Shown one piece after another: positions 10,253-19,864 of a stretch of DNA of 64,000 nt. Position numbers and translations under genes: made by a program. Numbering within the stretch: position 1 is the stretch's first letter; every line of letters begins with the position of its first letter. This DNA is from a virus (Duplodnaviria; Heunggongvirae; Uroviricota; Caudoviricetes): positions 32,001 through 96,000 of the IMG/VR virus record IMGVR_UViG_3300031133_000383; one strand, 5' to 3'. A model generated the notes under the pieces. That model did not search any database and was not told the origin of the DNA. It was given only the letters and a program-made list of their open reading frames with translations.

Positions 10253-10716
10253 TTTATTTCACTTAATTTTTTATACAATGATGGTATTAGAATAGCTAGC
10301 ATAAAAGTAAATACTATCAAGCTGGCATAGGGATCAACTATAAATGCATGTGGACAGGCTGTGGTATCATTGATAGCGTCATAACGTTGACAACCTGTTT
10401 CAATTTGAAGTAAACTTTCGATACCAATTAAGACAAAAGTAAGAGATGCATAAATGATTTGTTTTACCGTATTTGATGTAGATATCATAGCAATAATTGA
10501 TAATAATTTAAATACAAAAAAGCCATATACAATTAAATGAAATTGAGTCATCTTGTCATTTGCATTAATGCCAAGAATATGAACAATATTATTTTTAAAG
10601 AAATCTGCTATAAAAAAACCCGATAAATCTAATGCACTATATAGCGTTGTCATTAAAATAAATAATCCTACAAATAATCTAATATCACGAGTTGCTTTAT
10701 TTTGGGCTAAATGCAT
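10249..10716 (-). CDS. hypothetical membrane protein
   Basis: about 4 hydrophobic helices. Confidence 0.7.
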   Translation of the reverse strand: MHLAQNKATRDIRLFVGLFILMTTLYSALDLSGFFIADFFKNNIVHILGINANDKMTQFHLIVYGFFVFKLLSIIAMISTSNTVKQIIYASLTFVLIGIESLLQIETGCQRYDAINDTTACPHAFIVDPYASLIVFTFMLAILIPSLYKKLSEIK

Positions 10717-10817
10717 ACTAAATACCTTTGTTATCTCTATAACTTAATTTAATAATGTCACCCTGTCAAAAATTTATAAAAAAAAAGAATAACAGGTGTT
10801 ATTCTTTGTTGATATTG

Positions 10818-11396
10818 TCACATTATTTTAGAGGTTTCATCAAAAGGGAGCCTTGGTAATCGATTGTAAATTTTATCAGTTATTCCATAGCCCATGTTTA
10901 TTAAAAAATTTGATTGAACGGAAGTACCTTCAAAAAAAGCAGCATCAAGGCCAATATTATCAAATCCAGACATAGGTCCAACATCCAGCCCTAAAGCTCT
11001 TGCAGCTATCATTAAATATCCACCTGATAGCGTTCCATTTCTGAAAGCTGTTGTGTCTACCATTGTTGGATTCCCGTCAAATAAACCTCCTATATCAGCG
11101 ATAGGAAAGGTTTTGTTCAACAAGTGATGAAACTTATAATCTGTGGCAACAATTACTGTCACAGGAGCATTCATTGTTTTTTCAATATTTCCTTCCATTA
11201 GAAATGGTCTCAATTTTTCTTTAGAATTTTTTGATTTTAAAAATAAAAATCTAGCAGGTTGAGCATTAAAAGCAGTAGGAGCCATTTTTGTTAAATCATA
11301 AAGTTGATGAATTATGTCATCTGATACTTCTTTTTCTTGAAATTTACTCACTGTCCTGCTTTCCGTAAATAATTTGTTTAGTATATCTTTATTCAT
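10818..11396 (-). CDS. nitroreductase, RutE-like (malonic semialdehyde reductase family)
   Basis: LFTESRT, APTAFNAQPARF, GNIEKTMNAPVT, AARALGLDVGPMSGFD, RLPRLPF motifs. Confidence 0.88.
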   Translation of the reverse strand: MNKDILNKLFTESRTVSKFQEKEVSDDIIHQLYDLTKMAPTAFNAQPARFLFLKSKNSKEKLRPFLMEGNIEKTMNAPVTVIVATDYKFHHLLNKTFPIADIGGLFDGNPTMVDTTAFRNGTLSGGYLMIAARALGLDVGPMSGFDNIGLDAAFFEGTSVQSNFLINMGYGITDKIYNRLPRLPFDETSKIM

Positions 11397-11406
11397 AAAG
11401 TTCTCC

Positions 11407-11853
11407 TTATTTATTTAAATGATTATTAATGATGTTGTCTACACTATATTTGCCACTACCAGCAATGAAAATAGCCAAAGAAACTACAAGCAAAATCAAT
11501 ATATATTCAAAGCCGTTATTTGACATAAAGAATCCATTAGCTAAATGAACGGTCAATAATGCCACGACAGACACAATACTGGTCAATATAGCTGCAGGAC
11601 GTGTCAGTAAACCCATCATTAATAATAGACCACCAAAAAATTCGCCTGAACCTGCCAACAATGCCAAAAGTCCACTAGGTTCTAATCCAATAGATGCAAA
11701 ATACCCTGCTGTACCTGTAAGGCCGCCTCCACCAAATAAACCGAATAATTTTTGTGAGCCATGCATTAAAAAAATGAGGCCGACAATTAAACGTAAAAAA
11801 GTTAATTCTATTCCAGATTTTGAACTTGTTGTTTTTATTAATAATTGTTTCAT
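11407..11853 (-). CDS. DoxX family membrane protein
   Basis: LRLIVGLIFLMHGSQKLFG, EFFGGLLL, NGFEY, GSGKYSVD. Confidence 0.92.
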   Translation of the reverse strand: MKQLLIKTTSSKSGIELTFLRLIVGLIFLMHGSQKLFGLFGGGGLTGTAGYFASIGLEPSGLLALLAGSGEFFGGLLLMMGLLTRPAAILTSIVSVVALLTVHLANGFFMSNNGFEYILILLVVSLAIFIAGSGKYSVDNIINNHLNK

Positions 11854-11952
11854 CTAACACTCCCTAATTTGTTAATTACACTATAACACTCTTGCAATCA
11901 AGAACAATTATGGTAAAGTGAAATTCATTTTTCCAAATATGAGGTCAATCAA

Positions 11953-12774
11953 ATGGATATTAATTCATTGGTTATTTTTTTTAAGGTAGCCGAAACAAGC
12001 AGTTTGACAAAAGCATCAAAAGTTTTAGAGATACCTGTTTCAACAGTAAGTCGTAAATTACAAAAACTAGAAGAAGATCTGGGCAATAAATTATTTCATA
12101 GAACTACACGCAAGATTTCATTAACACAAGAAGGTAATATTCTCTACAACAAAGCAAAGCCACATTTTGTCGAATTAGAGATGGTGGGTAACGAATTGGC
12201 TGGAAATGATATAATGTTGAAAGGAGAAATTAGAGTTACAGCCCCTATCGAAAAAAGAGAATTCTTAGCAGAACGCATTTCTTCTTTCAGACAGCTTTTT
12301 CCAAACATTAGTATACATCTAAATTTTTCGAATGATTTTCATGATTTAGTAGAAAACAGTTTCGACTTTGCTTTTAGAGCGGGTAACTTGCCTGATAGTG
12401 GCATGTTTTATCACAAGATAGGCAATGAGCATTTATGTGCTTACATTCATAAAAGATTCATGCCTCACAGTATCACATTGGAATCACTAAATGAGTTTGA
12501 CTATTTTGTCATGGAGAAAAATACTTTTTTAGAAACCAGTGATGGTGTTGTTTTCAGACCTGAAAACAAGGTTACTTCTAATTCTATAGAGTTTATTTTA
12601 GATCTTGCAAAAAAAATTCCAAGTATCATATATGTTCCTGCTGGTATGGTGACAGATGATTACATTAAAATTAATGTATTCAAAGAAAAGACAGCAAGTT
12701 TTCAAATTGTATATTTGAGTAAACAACAAAATAAAATATGTCAATCATTTCTTGATTTTTTCAAAAATAATTAA
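11953..12774 (+). CDS. LysR-type transcriptional regulator, divergent from doxX-nitroreductase
   Basis: N-terminal HTH SLTKASKVLEIPVSTVSRKLQKLEEDLGNKLFHRTTRKISLTQEG; DLVENSFDFAFR. Confidence 0.92.
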   Translation: MDINSLVIFFKVAETSSLTKASKVLEIPVSTVSRKLQKLEEDLGNKLFHRTTRKISLTQEGNILYNKAKPHFVELEMVGNELAGNDIMLKGEIRVTAPIEKREFLAERISSFRQLFPNISIHLNFSNDFHDLVENSFDFAFRAGNLPDSGMFYHKIGNEHLCAYIHKRFMPHSITLESLNEFDYFVMEKNTFLETSDGVVFRPENKVTSNSIEFILDLAKKIPSIIYVPAGMVTDDYIKINVFKEKTASFQIVYLSKQQNKICQSFLDFFKNN

Positions 12775-12905
12775 TTTTTGACTTATATTTTTAAATTTGG
12801 AGACACGGCTCTTTCATTATGGTGTATAATAACAAAAAAACCAAGATCCTGTCAAGCTATACACACTGTTTTAATTTATATTATAATACTTTAATTTTTA
12901 GGAGA

Positions 12906-12932
12906 ATAAAAAAACCCTCATTGCGAGGGTTG
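12906..12932 (-). terminator. intrinsic terminator of the minus-strand small-ORF transcript
   Basis: AACCCTC-GCAAT-GAGGGTT followed by a T run on the minus strand. Confidence 0.7.
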
Positions 12933-13004
12933 TTGTATTTCGGGATTTGGGATTTAATAGTGTGTTGCGAGGAAATTGGTTTAGGATGGGGATTTCCTAA
13001 TCAA

Positions 13005-13151
13005 TCAGTCAAACATATTCAAATCGTCTTCTGTAATAAGTTGTGCAATTCTATCTTCAATATCTGCAAGAAAATCACCTTCCATATTACTATTTTTTAA
13101 AGCGACTTCTATTTCATTTTGCTTGTAGTTTGATGCTGTTAGTAGTGCCAT
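13005..13151 (-). CDS. 48-aa acidic small protein, absent from the ORF track
   Basis: AAGGAG RBS; MALLTASNYKQNEIEVALKNSNMEGDFLADIEDRIAQLITEDDLNMFD; lies between a promoter and a terminator. Confidence 0.65.
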   Translation of the reverse strand: MALLTASNYKQNEIEVALKNSNMEGDFLADIEDRIAQLITEDDLNMFD

Positions 13152-13242
13152 GTTGAATGTACTCCTTTTTACTTAGGTTTGTATTACAGTTTTCAAAATA
13201 GGAGAAAATGTGATCAATTCATTGGGGAAATGAAACACCTGA

Positions 13243-13317
13243 TCAAGCTTGACGAGATTGCAAAAAGTAGGGATTTGGGGAAATTTCTACTCTCATCTTT
13301 TTCGTCATTTTTTGCAT
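13243..13317 (-). CDS. possible 24-aa upstream ORF
   Basis: MQKMTKKMRVEISPNPYFLQSRQA, directly after the promoter; weak GAGA RBS. Confidence 0.3.
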   Translation of the reverse strand: MQKMTKKMRVEISPNPYFLQSRQA

Positions 13318-13341
13318 TTATTCTCTTAATTTGGTAGACAA

Positions 13342-13370
13342 ATTTTACCACTGAAACCCTCATAAATCAA
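13342..13370 (-). promoter_or_regulatory. sigma70-type promoter
   Basis: TTGATT-17-TAAAAT with extended -10 TG. Confidence 0.6.
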
Positions 13371-13667
13371 GCCTTTTAGGGCTTTTTGGTGCTTTTTTTT
13401 CAATGTTTATTTAGTGTTATAATGCTATAATTAACGCCTTGTTTTTAATCATTTTTTGCTTATTTTTAGGTGTCATTTTTTTGTTTAATATTAAAATATT
13501 AGGGTTTTTTTAGACATGTAGTGTTTTTAGATTTTGATAATATTAATCGTTTTTTTTAGAAAAATTTACGATATTTTGTGGATGTGGTGAGCGTAATTAT
13601 GTCATGTCAACAGTGTGAATAATGTCAAAACAATCAAGCCTTGACATTTTCAGCAATGTTTTTTATG

Positions 13668-14183
13668 TCAAAAGACCAAATGATTATCGCGAATGTAATC
13701 AATTACTTCTGGTCTGGTCAATCCATCAATGGTTTCACCTATTTTAAGTTGTTGACGAATGAAAGTGCTTCTAACTGTTCCCAAATCTGGAATGATGTAT
13801 TTTCCGAATTCTTCGTCAATCAATTTATAATTGTAGAATCGTTTCCAATTTTCTATACTTGCATTGTCTTCACCACAAACAAACACATAATCATGGTTGG
13901 GGTTATTTTCTTTTAATGTTTTAAGCAGTAAATAAGTCCTGCTAACTTCATTTTTGAAAATCTCTTGCTCAATATCAGAAACCTCAATATTTTTGTCCAA
14001 ATGACTGACCAGCAGTTTGGCCATGTTCAATCTATCTTTGAAATTAATCATCTTTTTTCCAAAGTTGTGAGAAAAGCATGGGACTACTAAAACTTTGTCG
14101 AAATTTTCCACCAAATGTTCTATTATTTTTAGATGGCTATTGGTGGGTGGGTTGAAGGCAGATCCAAAAACGGCTATTTTCAT
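13668..14183 (-). CDS. nadD: nicotinate/nicotinamide mononucleotide adenylyltransferase, NadD-like
   Basis: MKIAVFGSAFNPPTNSH (T/HxGH-type), VLVVPCFSHNFGK, RLNM, FVCGEDN, VRSTFIR; GAGG RBS. Confidence 0.85.
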   Translation of the reverse strand: MKIAVFGSAFNPPTNSHLKIIEHLVENFDKVLVVPCFSHNFGKKMINFKDRLNMAKLLVSHLDKNIEVSDIEQEIFKNEVSRTYLLLKTLKENNPNHDYVFVCGEDNASIENWKRFYNYKLIDEEFGKYIIPDLGTVRSTFIRQQLKIGETIDGLTRPEVIDYIRDNHLVF

Positions 14184-14211
14184 TTTTACACCTCTCTTTT
14201 TATCTAATTTT

Positions 14212-14240
14212 ATCTTAGTTGATTTATGCAACTATGTCAA
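14212..14240 (-). promoter_or_regulatory. sigma70 promoter of the nadD-like gene
   Basis: TTGACA-17-TAAGAT. Confidence 0.6.
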
Positions 14241-14349
14241 TAGCCCGTTATTTATGTCTCTGATATTATCAATTAAATTATCCTATTGGTAAATTTGACA
14301 TAATCCACTCAAATGCTAACATGTCTTGAATATAAATTGGGAGAGATAC

Positions 14350-15078
14350 ATGTTAAAAAAATTAAAAGTAATACCTTTGTTATTGTGTATAGTGAGTGGG
14401 CATTCTATGGCCCAAACCAATATAGACTACGATTATGTGAATAAGACTTTGGATAAAGATAAAATATCCAATGAATCACGGGAAAATATTAAAAATATAA
14501 TTGATCAAAAAAACATTAAAGATAGAGAGGTGATATTTAATCCTGCAATCGCTTCTGTTAAAAATGTTGATTTGGAAATTCAAGAATATATTATTCAAAA
14601 CCCATCTAAGAACCTTAAAGAATTTGATGAATCAATAACTAAAGCAAAGGATTCAAAAGAAATTGAAACTTTGTTGAGCACTATAGGCAATTTAAGTGAA
14701 CATACTATCTATAACTTTGATAATGTGAGTTTAGAAAGACCTATTCATTTTAGAAATGAACAAAATCATAAAAGCATTAATAAAGAATCAAATAATAATA
14801 AATATGGCAAAGTATTCAGTGCTTATAACTTTAATATCAGGATATATGATCAAGTTACTGATTATTTTGTCATGGTGAACGGCAATACTAATAATAGTTA
14901 TGTATCAGATGATTTTAAAGGATCTGTAAAAAATGATGATAAAAACGGCAGTGGATTCAACAATTTTGAACATTCATTAAGTGTAATAGGTGGTCAATAT
15001 ATAGTGATGTCCGCTGTACAATCAAAAGTTCAATCAAATATAAATGAAATGCGATTAATTCTGATTAAGATTGATTGA
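14350..15078 (+). CDS. exported hypothetical protein
   Basis: signal peptide MLKKLKVIPLLLCIVSGHSMA. Confidence 0.75.
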   Translation: MLKKLKVIPLLLCIVSGHSMAQTNIDYDYVNKTLDKDKISNESRENIKNIIDQKNIKDREVIFNPAIASVKNVDLEIQEYIIQNPSKNLKEFDESITKAKDSKEIETLLSTIGNLSEHTIYNFDNVSLERPIHFRNEQNHKSINKESNNNKYGKVFSAYNFNIRIYDQVTDYFVMVNGNTNNSYVSDDFKGSVKNDDKNGSGFNNFEHSLSVIGGQYIVMSAVQSKVQSNINEMRLILIKID

Positions 15079-15159
15079 TTTAAATTAACACCCTATCAAG
15101 GGTTTTTTTATTAAATTTAAAAGTATTATAATACTTTATTCAGTTTATAAAAATAATCG

Positions 15160-15188
15160 TTGACAAGTTAGTTCGTTTTTGCTACTAT
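15160..15188 (+). promoter_or_regulatory. sigma70 promoter of pncB
   Basis: TTGACA-17-TACTAT with extended TG. Confidence 0.65.
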
Positions 15189-15233
15189 GTACACAAGAAA
15201 TCAAAATAAATCTCAAAAATTGGAGAAACTATC

Positions 15234-16463
15234 ATGAACGAACAAATTATTACCTCATTGCTTGATACCGATCTTTATAAATTAACCATGATGCAGGTGG
15301 CTTTTCATAAATTTCCCAGTGCTGTTGTTGAACATGAATTTCATTGTCGAAATAAGAATGTGGATTTAAGTGTCATTGCACAAGAAGTTCGGGAACAAGT
15401 TGATGCATTGTGCGAACTTTCTTTTACTAAAACCGAATTGGATTACCTTCGTCGTCGCATGCACTTTTTGAAAAGAGACTTTATTGACTTCCTTGGTATC
15501 TTTCGCTTTGATCCCAATCAAATTACTGTACGGGCTAAAGAAGGTGGTTTGGAAATTAAAACCTTTGGTCCTTGGTGGCAAACAATTCTGTATGAGATTT
15601 ATGTATTGGCTATTGTGAATGAAGTGTATTTCCGTCATCAGACCAAAGATATGACTGAGCGTCAACGCTATGATATGTTTGAAGAAGGTCATCGTCGTCT
15701 TGAAGAAAAAATCGCATTGGTCAAAAATGTTGATGGGTTTATTTTTACAGATTTTGGTACTCGTCGCCGGTTTAGTAAGGAATGGCAGTTGGAAGTATTA
15801 AATCATTGCAAACACACTATTCCAGAAAAATTGTTTGGTACTAGTAATCTATATTTGGCTCGCGAATTGGATATCACTCCCATTGGCACGATGGCTCATG
15901 AGTATCTGCAAGCATTTCAAGCTTTTGAAAACCGTTTGGTTGATAGTCAGAAAGCTGCATTGGAAGCTTGGGTTCAAGAATACCGTGGCGATTTGGGTGT
16001 GGCATTGACTGATGTAATTGGTGTGGATTATTTTCTAAAAGATTTCGATCTTTACTTTGCTAAATTATTTGATGGTGTACGACATGACTCTGGTGATCCC
16101 ATCGAATGGGGTGAAAAATTTATTGCACACTATGAGAAGTTGAAAATTGATCCACGTAACAAACTATTGGTTTTCAGTGATGGTCTCAATTTTCCTAAAG
16201 CCGTTAATATTTTCAATCACTTCAAAGGGCGTATTAATACCAGTTTTGGTATCGGAACTAACTTGACTAACGACCTTGGACTTGAGCCTTTGAATATCGT
16301 AATGAAAATGATTAATTGCAATGGTAAACCCGTCGCTAAAATTTCTGACAGTCCGGGTAAAGGCATGTGTCATGATGATGATTATGTGACTTACTTGAAA
16401 AAAGTGTTTGATGAGAAACCTGCACTGTTTAATAATCCGAGAAATGATTATTTTATGTCATAA
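15234..16463 (+). CDS. pncB: nicotinate phosphoribosyltransferase
   Basis: SLLDTDLYKLTMMQ, DFGTRRRFS, GTSN, GTMAHE, RHDSGDP, FSDGL, FGIGT, AKISDSPGK. Confidence 0.96.
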   Translation: MNEQIITSLLDTDLYKLTMMQVAFHKFPSAVVEHEFHCRNKNVDLSVIAQEVREQVDALCELSFTKTELDYLRRRMHFLKRDFIDFLGIFRFDPNQITVRAKEGGLEIKTFGPWWQTILYEIYVLAIVNEVYFRHQTKDMTERQRYDMFEEGHRRLEEKIALVKNVDGFIFTDFGTRRRFSKEWQLEVLNHCKHTIPEKLFGTSNLYLARELDITPIGTMAHEYLQAFQAFENRLVDSQKAALEAWVQEYRGDLGVALTDVIGVDYFLKDFDLYFAKLFDGVRHDSGDPIEWGEKFIAHYEKLKIDPRNKLLVFSDGLNFPKAVNIFNHFKGRINTSFGIGTNLTNDLGLEPLNIVMKMINCNGKPVAKISDSPGKGMCHDDDYVTYLKKVFDEKPALFNNPRNDYFMS

Positions 16464-16547
16464 AAATAAAAAGAGGCTTGATTTTCAAGCCTTTTTCTTT
16501 TATTTTATTTAATTATATGATACAATTACCACTCTATCGGAGTATAT

Positions 16548-17231
16548 ATGAACGATTATAATGACGATCTTATTGAAAAAATTTATGAGTTGACAATGTG
16601 TAATTCTCTTGTCACATTTCATCAAGATTTCAGTTATGATAAGCAAAATAATTTTAAAAATGCACAAGAGTTTACTTTTGATAAAAGTCTTCTTCAGTTT
16701 TCTTATAAAGATATGATTGATTGCTATGCTTTAAAGGACACTGTGCATAAAATGGATCAAGGCGAGAATGATTTGAGTTTTGATCAATTTGAAACAAGTT
16801 GGCAGCCAGAAGGCGATTTGAAAACTCGTTTTGATCTTGCTTATGTTGAAATCAATAAACTTCGAACTGGTCTTCACAATGTCATTACTGCACTAGGAGA
16901 AAAACCATCTGAGTTTATTTCCATTCGCCATTCCGTGTATTTTGATATGAATAATAAGCTATATCAAAATGAGATCAAAGTAGATTTATGTTATCGTAAT
17001 AAGTGTATCAACAGCAGTTTTATGATTTACGTCAGTGATTTTAATAATTATTTACGTATAACAATAAACTGTGGTCAGCATTGCAAGTCTATCAATGTTC
17101 AGAAAATAAATCCATTTTCCTTATCTTTTATGATATTTGATGAAAAAGAAGATTTATTTAATCTAGAAGATATTTATGATATTGATCAAGTTGTGGATCT
17201 TTTCAAAGTAAATCACATGTCAATCTATTAG
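16548..17231 (+). CDS. hypothetical protein, family A
   Basis: GGAG RBS; ends KVNHMSIY. Confidence 0.8.
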   Translation: MNDYNDDLIEKIYELTMCNSLVTFHQDFSYDKQNNFKNAQEFTFDKSLLQFSYKDMIDCYALKDTVHKMDQGENDLSFDQFETSWQPEGDLKTRFDLAYVEINKLRTGLHNVITALGEKPSEFISIRHSVYFDMNNKLYQNEIKVDLCYRNKCINSSFMIYVSDFNNYLRITINCGQHCKSINVQKINPFSLSFMIFDEKEDLFNLEDIYDIDQVVDLFKVNHMSIY

Positions 17232-17239
17232 GTGACTCT

Positions 17240-17884
17240 ATGAAAATTAATGAAATATTAATAAATAACCCTCATATTAAATTTAAACATCTCGATGAAA
17301 CCAATATGGAGGATGGGGTGATGTTCTTTCAAGAGCATGCTATCTGTAGTAGGGCAAACGATGATAGCTATGTTTTGATCCTGAGTAATGGTTTTAATTC
17401 AGAGACATCTCCACACGATTATAACGATTTTATTAATCAGTATATACCTAACTGTCAATTTATTGAAGAAAGGATCTCTAATAGCCTCAGATACTTCTAC
17501 AATAACATTATTGTAGCCACTGGTGAATTATTCAAAGTCCATTCTTTAAAATTTTCCAATATGTGCAAAGCGAGTATCAGGTTATTTTTTGATATACACA
17601 CACAGGAATTAAAAGAAATCAAAATATTTATGTTTCTGCATATTGAGCACAATGAAAAACATATCTATTTAAATATTTCAACAAACATAGATAAAGATTA
17701 CAATGTTTCATTTTCTGTCATGAAAAATGGAATATCCTATAATAATATGGAAAGGGTCAACCAACAATTCTTGAATATTATTTGTATGGAAAAATTTGAA
17801 AATGTGATCAATGATCTTTATTTTGATTATAGTTTTGAAGATGTTTTAAGATTGAGGCAATTATTGATTATCAATAAATATTGA
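17240..17884 (+). CDS. hypothetical protein, family A
   Basis: ends QLLIINKY. Confidence 0.8.
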   Translation: MKINEILINNPHIKFKHLDETNMEDGVMFFQEHAICSRANDDSYVLILSNGFNSETSPHDYNDFINQYIPNCQFIEERISNSLRYFYNNIIVATGELFKVHSLKFSNMCKASIRLFFDIHTQELKEIKIFMFLHIEHNEKHIYLNISTNIDKDYNVSFSVMKNGISYNNMERVNQQFLNIICMEKFENVINDLYFDYSFEDVLRLRQLLIINKY

Positions 17885-17899
17885 AAGAAGCAATAAAAT

Positions 17900-18592
17900 A
17901 TGAACCTATTAATGGAACATATGATCGAACCATTCATAGGGGGAGTTCATAAAATGAACTTGAGTGCCATAGAAAAAAAGTACACAAATGTAATTAAGCA
18001 TTCCATTTTTCTGAAAATGAGTGCAAAGCCAAGCTTTATCTTGTCCGATAGTTTTAGGTTTCATCTATGTCCATTTCAGGATAAAATAACATTGATATTT
18101 GTGGTATCAGTCAATGAGGGATCATTTTCTAGGATACTCCAAAAACATGGTTATTTTCTAAAAAAAGAACTAAACGATTTAGTAGACAATCATTTAAATA
18201 AATGTCATCAGGTGATCCACTTATTAAAATCTGTCGTGAAAAAGATATTTGTTTTTCAAATAGAGTTGTTGTTGACTTTCAATACCAAGAACGAATTAGA
18301 ATCTTGTACTTTAAATATTATTATCGATATGGATGATATTGTTCAAATGTATGAAATTAAAGTCAACATTGATGATTTGAATCAATGCCAGTATTTTTAT
18401 CGTTCTATTGATTCAAATAAAAACTTCTGCCAGAATACAATAAATCCAACTGATCTTGGGAATCATTTTATTATTGAGTTCATAAGACAAAAACTCAGGG
18501 TGCTTAAATTAGATAACGATATAGATCTTGAATCCATTTCAATCAAACAGATTAATGAATATTTGAATTTGATTTCAATGCACAGTGTGTAA
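17900..18592 (+). CDS. hypothetical protein, family A
   Basis: ends NLISMHSV. Confidence 0.8.
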   Translation: MNLLMEHMIEPFIGGVHKMNLSAIEKKYTNVIKHSIFLKMSAKPSFILSDSFRFHLCPFQDKITLIFVVSVNEGSFSRILQKHGYFLKKELNDLVDNHLNKCHQVIHLLKSVVKKIFVFQIELLLTFNTKNELESCTLNIIIDMDDIVQMYEIKVNIDDLNQCQYFYRSIDSNKNFCQNTINPTDLGNHFIIEFIRQKLRVLKLDNDIDLESISIKQINEYLNLISMHSV

Positions 18593-18639
18593 CTTCATAG
18601 TGTTGAAAAAGTTTTTCAGCAGTTTATTTCGATCATGCA

Positions 18640-18945
18640 TTATCTTAAAGTTTCCAATATCTGTTTCATTGTGTTAACTTCACTGCTTATAGTAATTAAT
18701 TCTGTTTCGCTTACTGTTTTTATATCATCTCTGACTTCATTTATATTAGGGTTGATAACTTTTAGTGCTTTTAACGTACTCATTTTTAATTGATAGTATT
18801 TGCTAAGTTTCGAAATTGTAAATTCAAAAATAATTTTAACATTATCAAAGTCATTGTCTGTTAGTTGACAAACTTCTTTTAATTCCTTGATAAATTGTTC
18901 ACCATACCGAACCTCTATTAACATTAATAATCTTTGATATTCCAT
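18640..18945 (-). CDS. hypothetical protein
   Basis: AAGGAG RBS; 101 aa. Confidence 0.7.
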   Translation of the reverse strand: MEYQRLLMLIEVRYGEQFIKELKEVCQLTDNDFDNVKIIFEFTISKLSKYYQLKMSTLKALKVINPNINEVRDDIKTVSETELITISSEVNTMKQILETLR

Positions 18946-19300
18946 TTCTTACTCCTTTTTTTAATAATAACATTATATTTTATTTATATCTATGATTTTA
19001 TAATATTACTTCTATTTTTCAACTATTTGATGTTATCACTTTTTTTTGGATTTATTTCGAATGTGTATGTATGATGTAAAAAACATCCTTTATTCTTATG
19101 TCAAAAAAATCAATATTCATCCATTCTAAAAAATCTGATGATCTTTAATTTCTTGTTAAAACAATAATAAGCCAGATTATAACTTTAAGATTACATCGAA
19201 CCCTTAAGATAATAATTATATAGTTATTATCTATAATTATTTGAAAAAAATTTTCCTTTTATGCAAAAAAATGATATGATAACTCAACTTTGGAGACTAT

Positions 19301-19864
19301 ATGTTAACATTACTTGCTCATACCCATTTTACATCAGACATCCTTTTCAGATGCAGAGAAAAAGTTCAACTTCGTGGCTATTCATCTGTCGAAGAAATGG
19401 AAAGTTCAATTGTGAAACATTGGAATTCTAAGATTTTACCCACTGACCACATTTATTATCTTGGTAACTTTTCGTCTATTGTAAAAGGTTCTGCTCAGTC
19501 CTATTGCAATTTAATTTATGAATTGAATGGTTTCAAGCATTTTATCATGGGACCACACGACAATGTGGATGTTTTCGAAAATCTAAAAAAGGATGACAAT
19601 TTAAACATTGTTGAAGTAACTGCCTATAAAGAATTAATGATTTTAAAACAACGTGTTGTTCTTATGCATTATCCTATTCAAGAGTGGAATGGAAAGAAGG
19701 GGCTTCGGCCAGCAATCCATTTACATGGAGGTCCCAGCATTGATCAACCAGATTCAAACAGAATGAATATATCATTTGACTCACAACAGACAATCTATTC
19801 AGCAAAAAATATTCTTGATAGATTTAAAGCTCAACAATGTTCTCTTGGAAAGGAAACACTATGA
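19301..19864 (+). CDS. calcineurin-like metallophosphoesterase homologue with degenerate metal ligands
   Basis: AHTHF, WNS, YYLGNF, LNG, GPHD, HYP, HLHGG align with family motifs SDxHF, LGDF, GNHD, HGHxH. Confidence 0.75.
   Translation: MLTLLAHTHFTSDILFRCREKVQLRGYSSVEEMESSIVKHWNSKILPTDHIYYLGNFSSIVKGSAQSYCNLIYELNGFKHFIMGPHDNVDVFENLKKDDNLNIVEVTAYKELMILKQRVVLMHYPIQEWNGKKGLRPAIHLHGGPSIDQPDSNRMNISFDSQQTIYSAKNILDRFKAQQCSLGKETL

Noticed and set aside
12819-13100. 93-aa + strand ORF from the track
   Set aside because: No RBS; it runs through a terminator hairpin and lies antisense to a better-supported 48-aa ORF.
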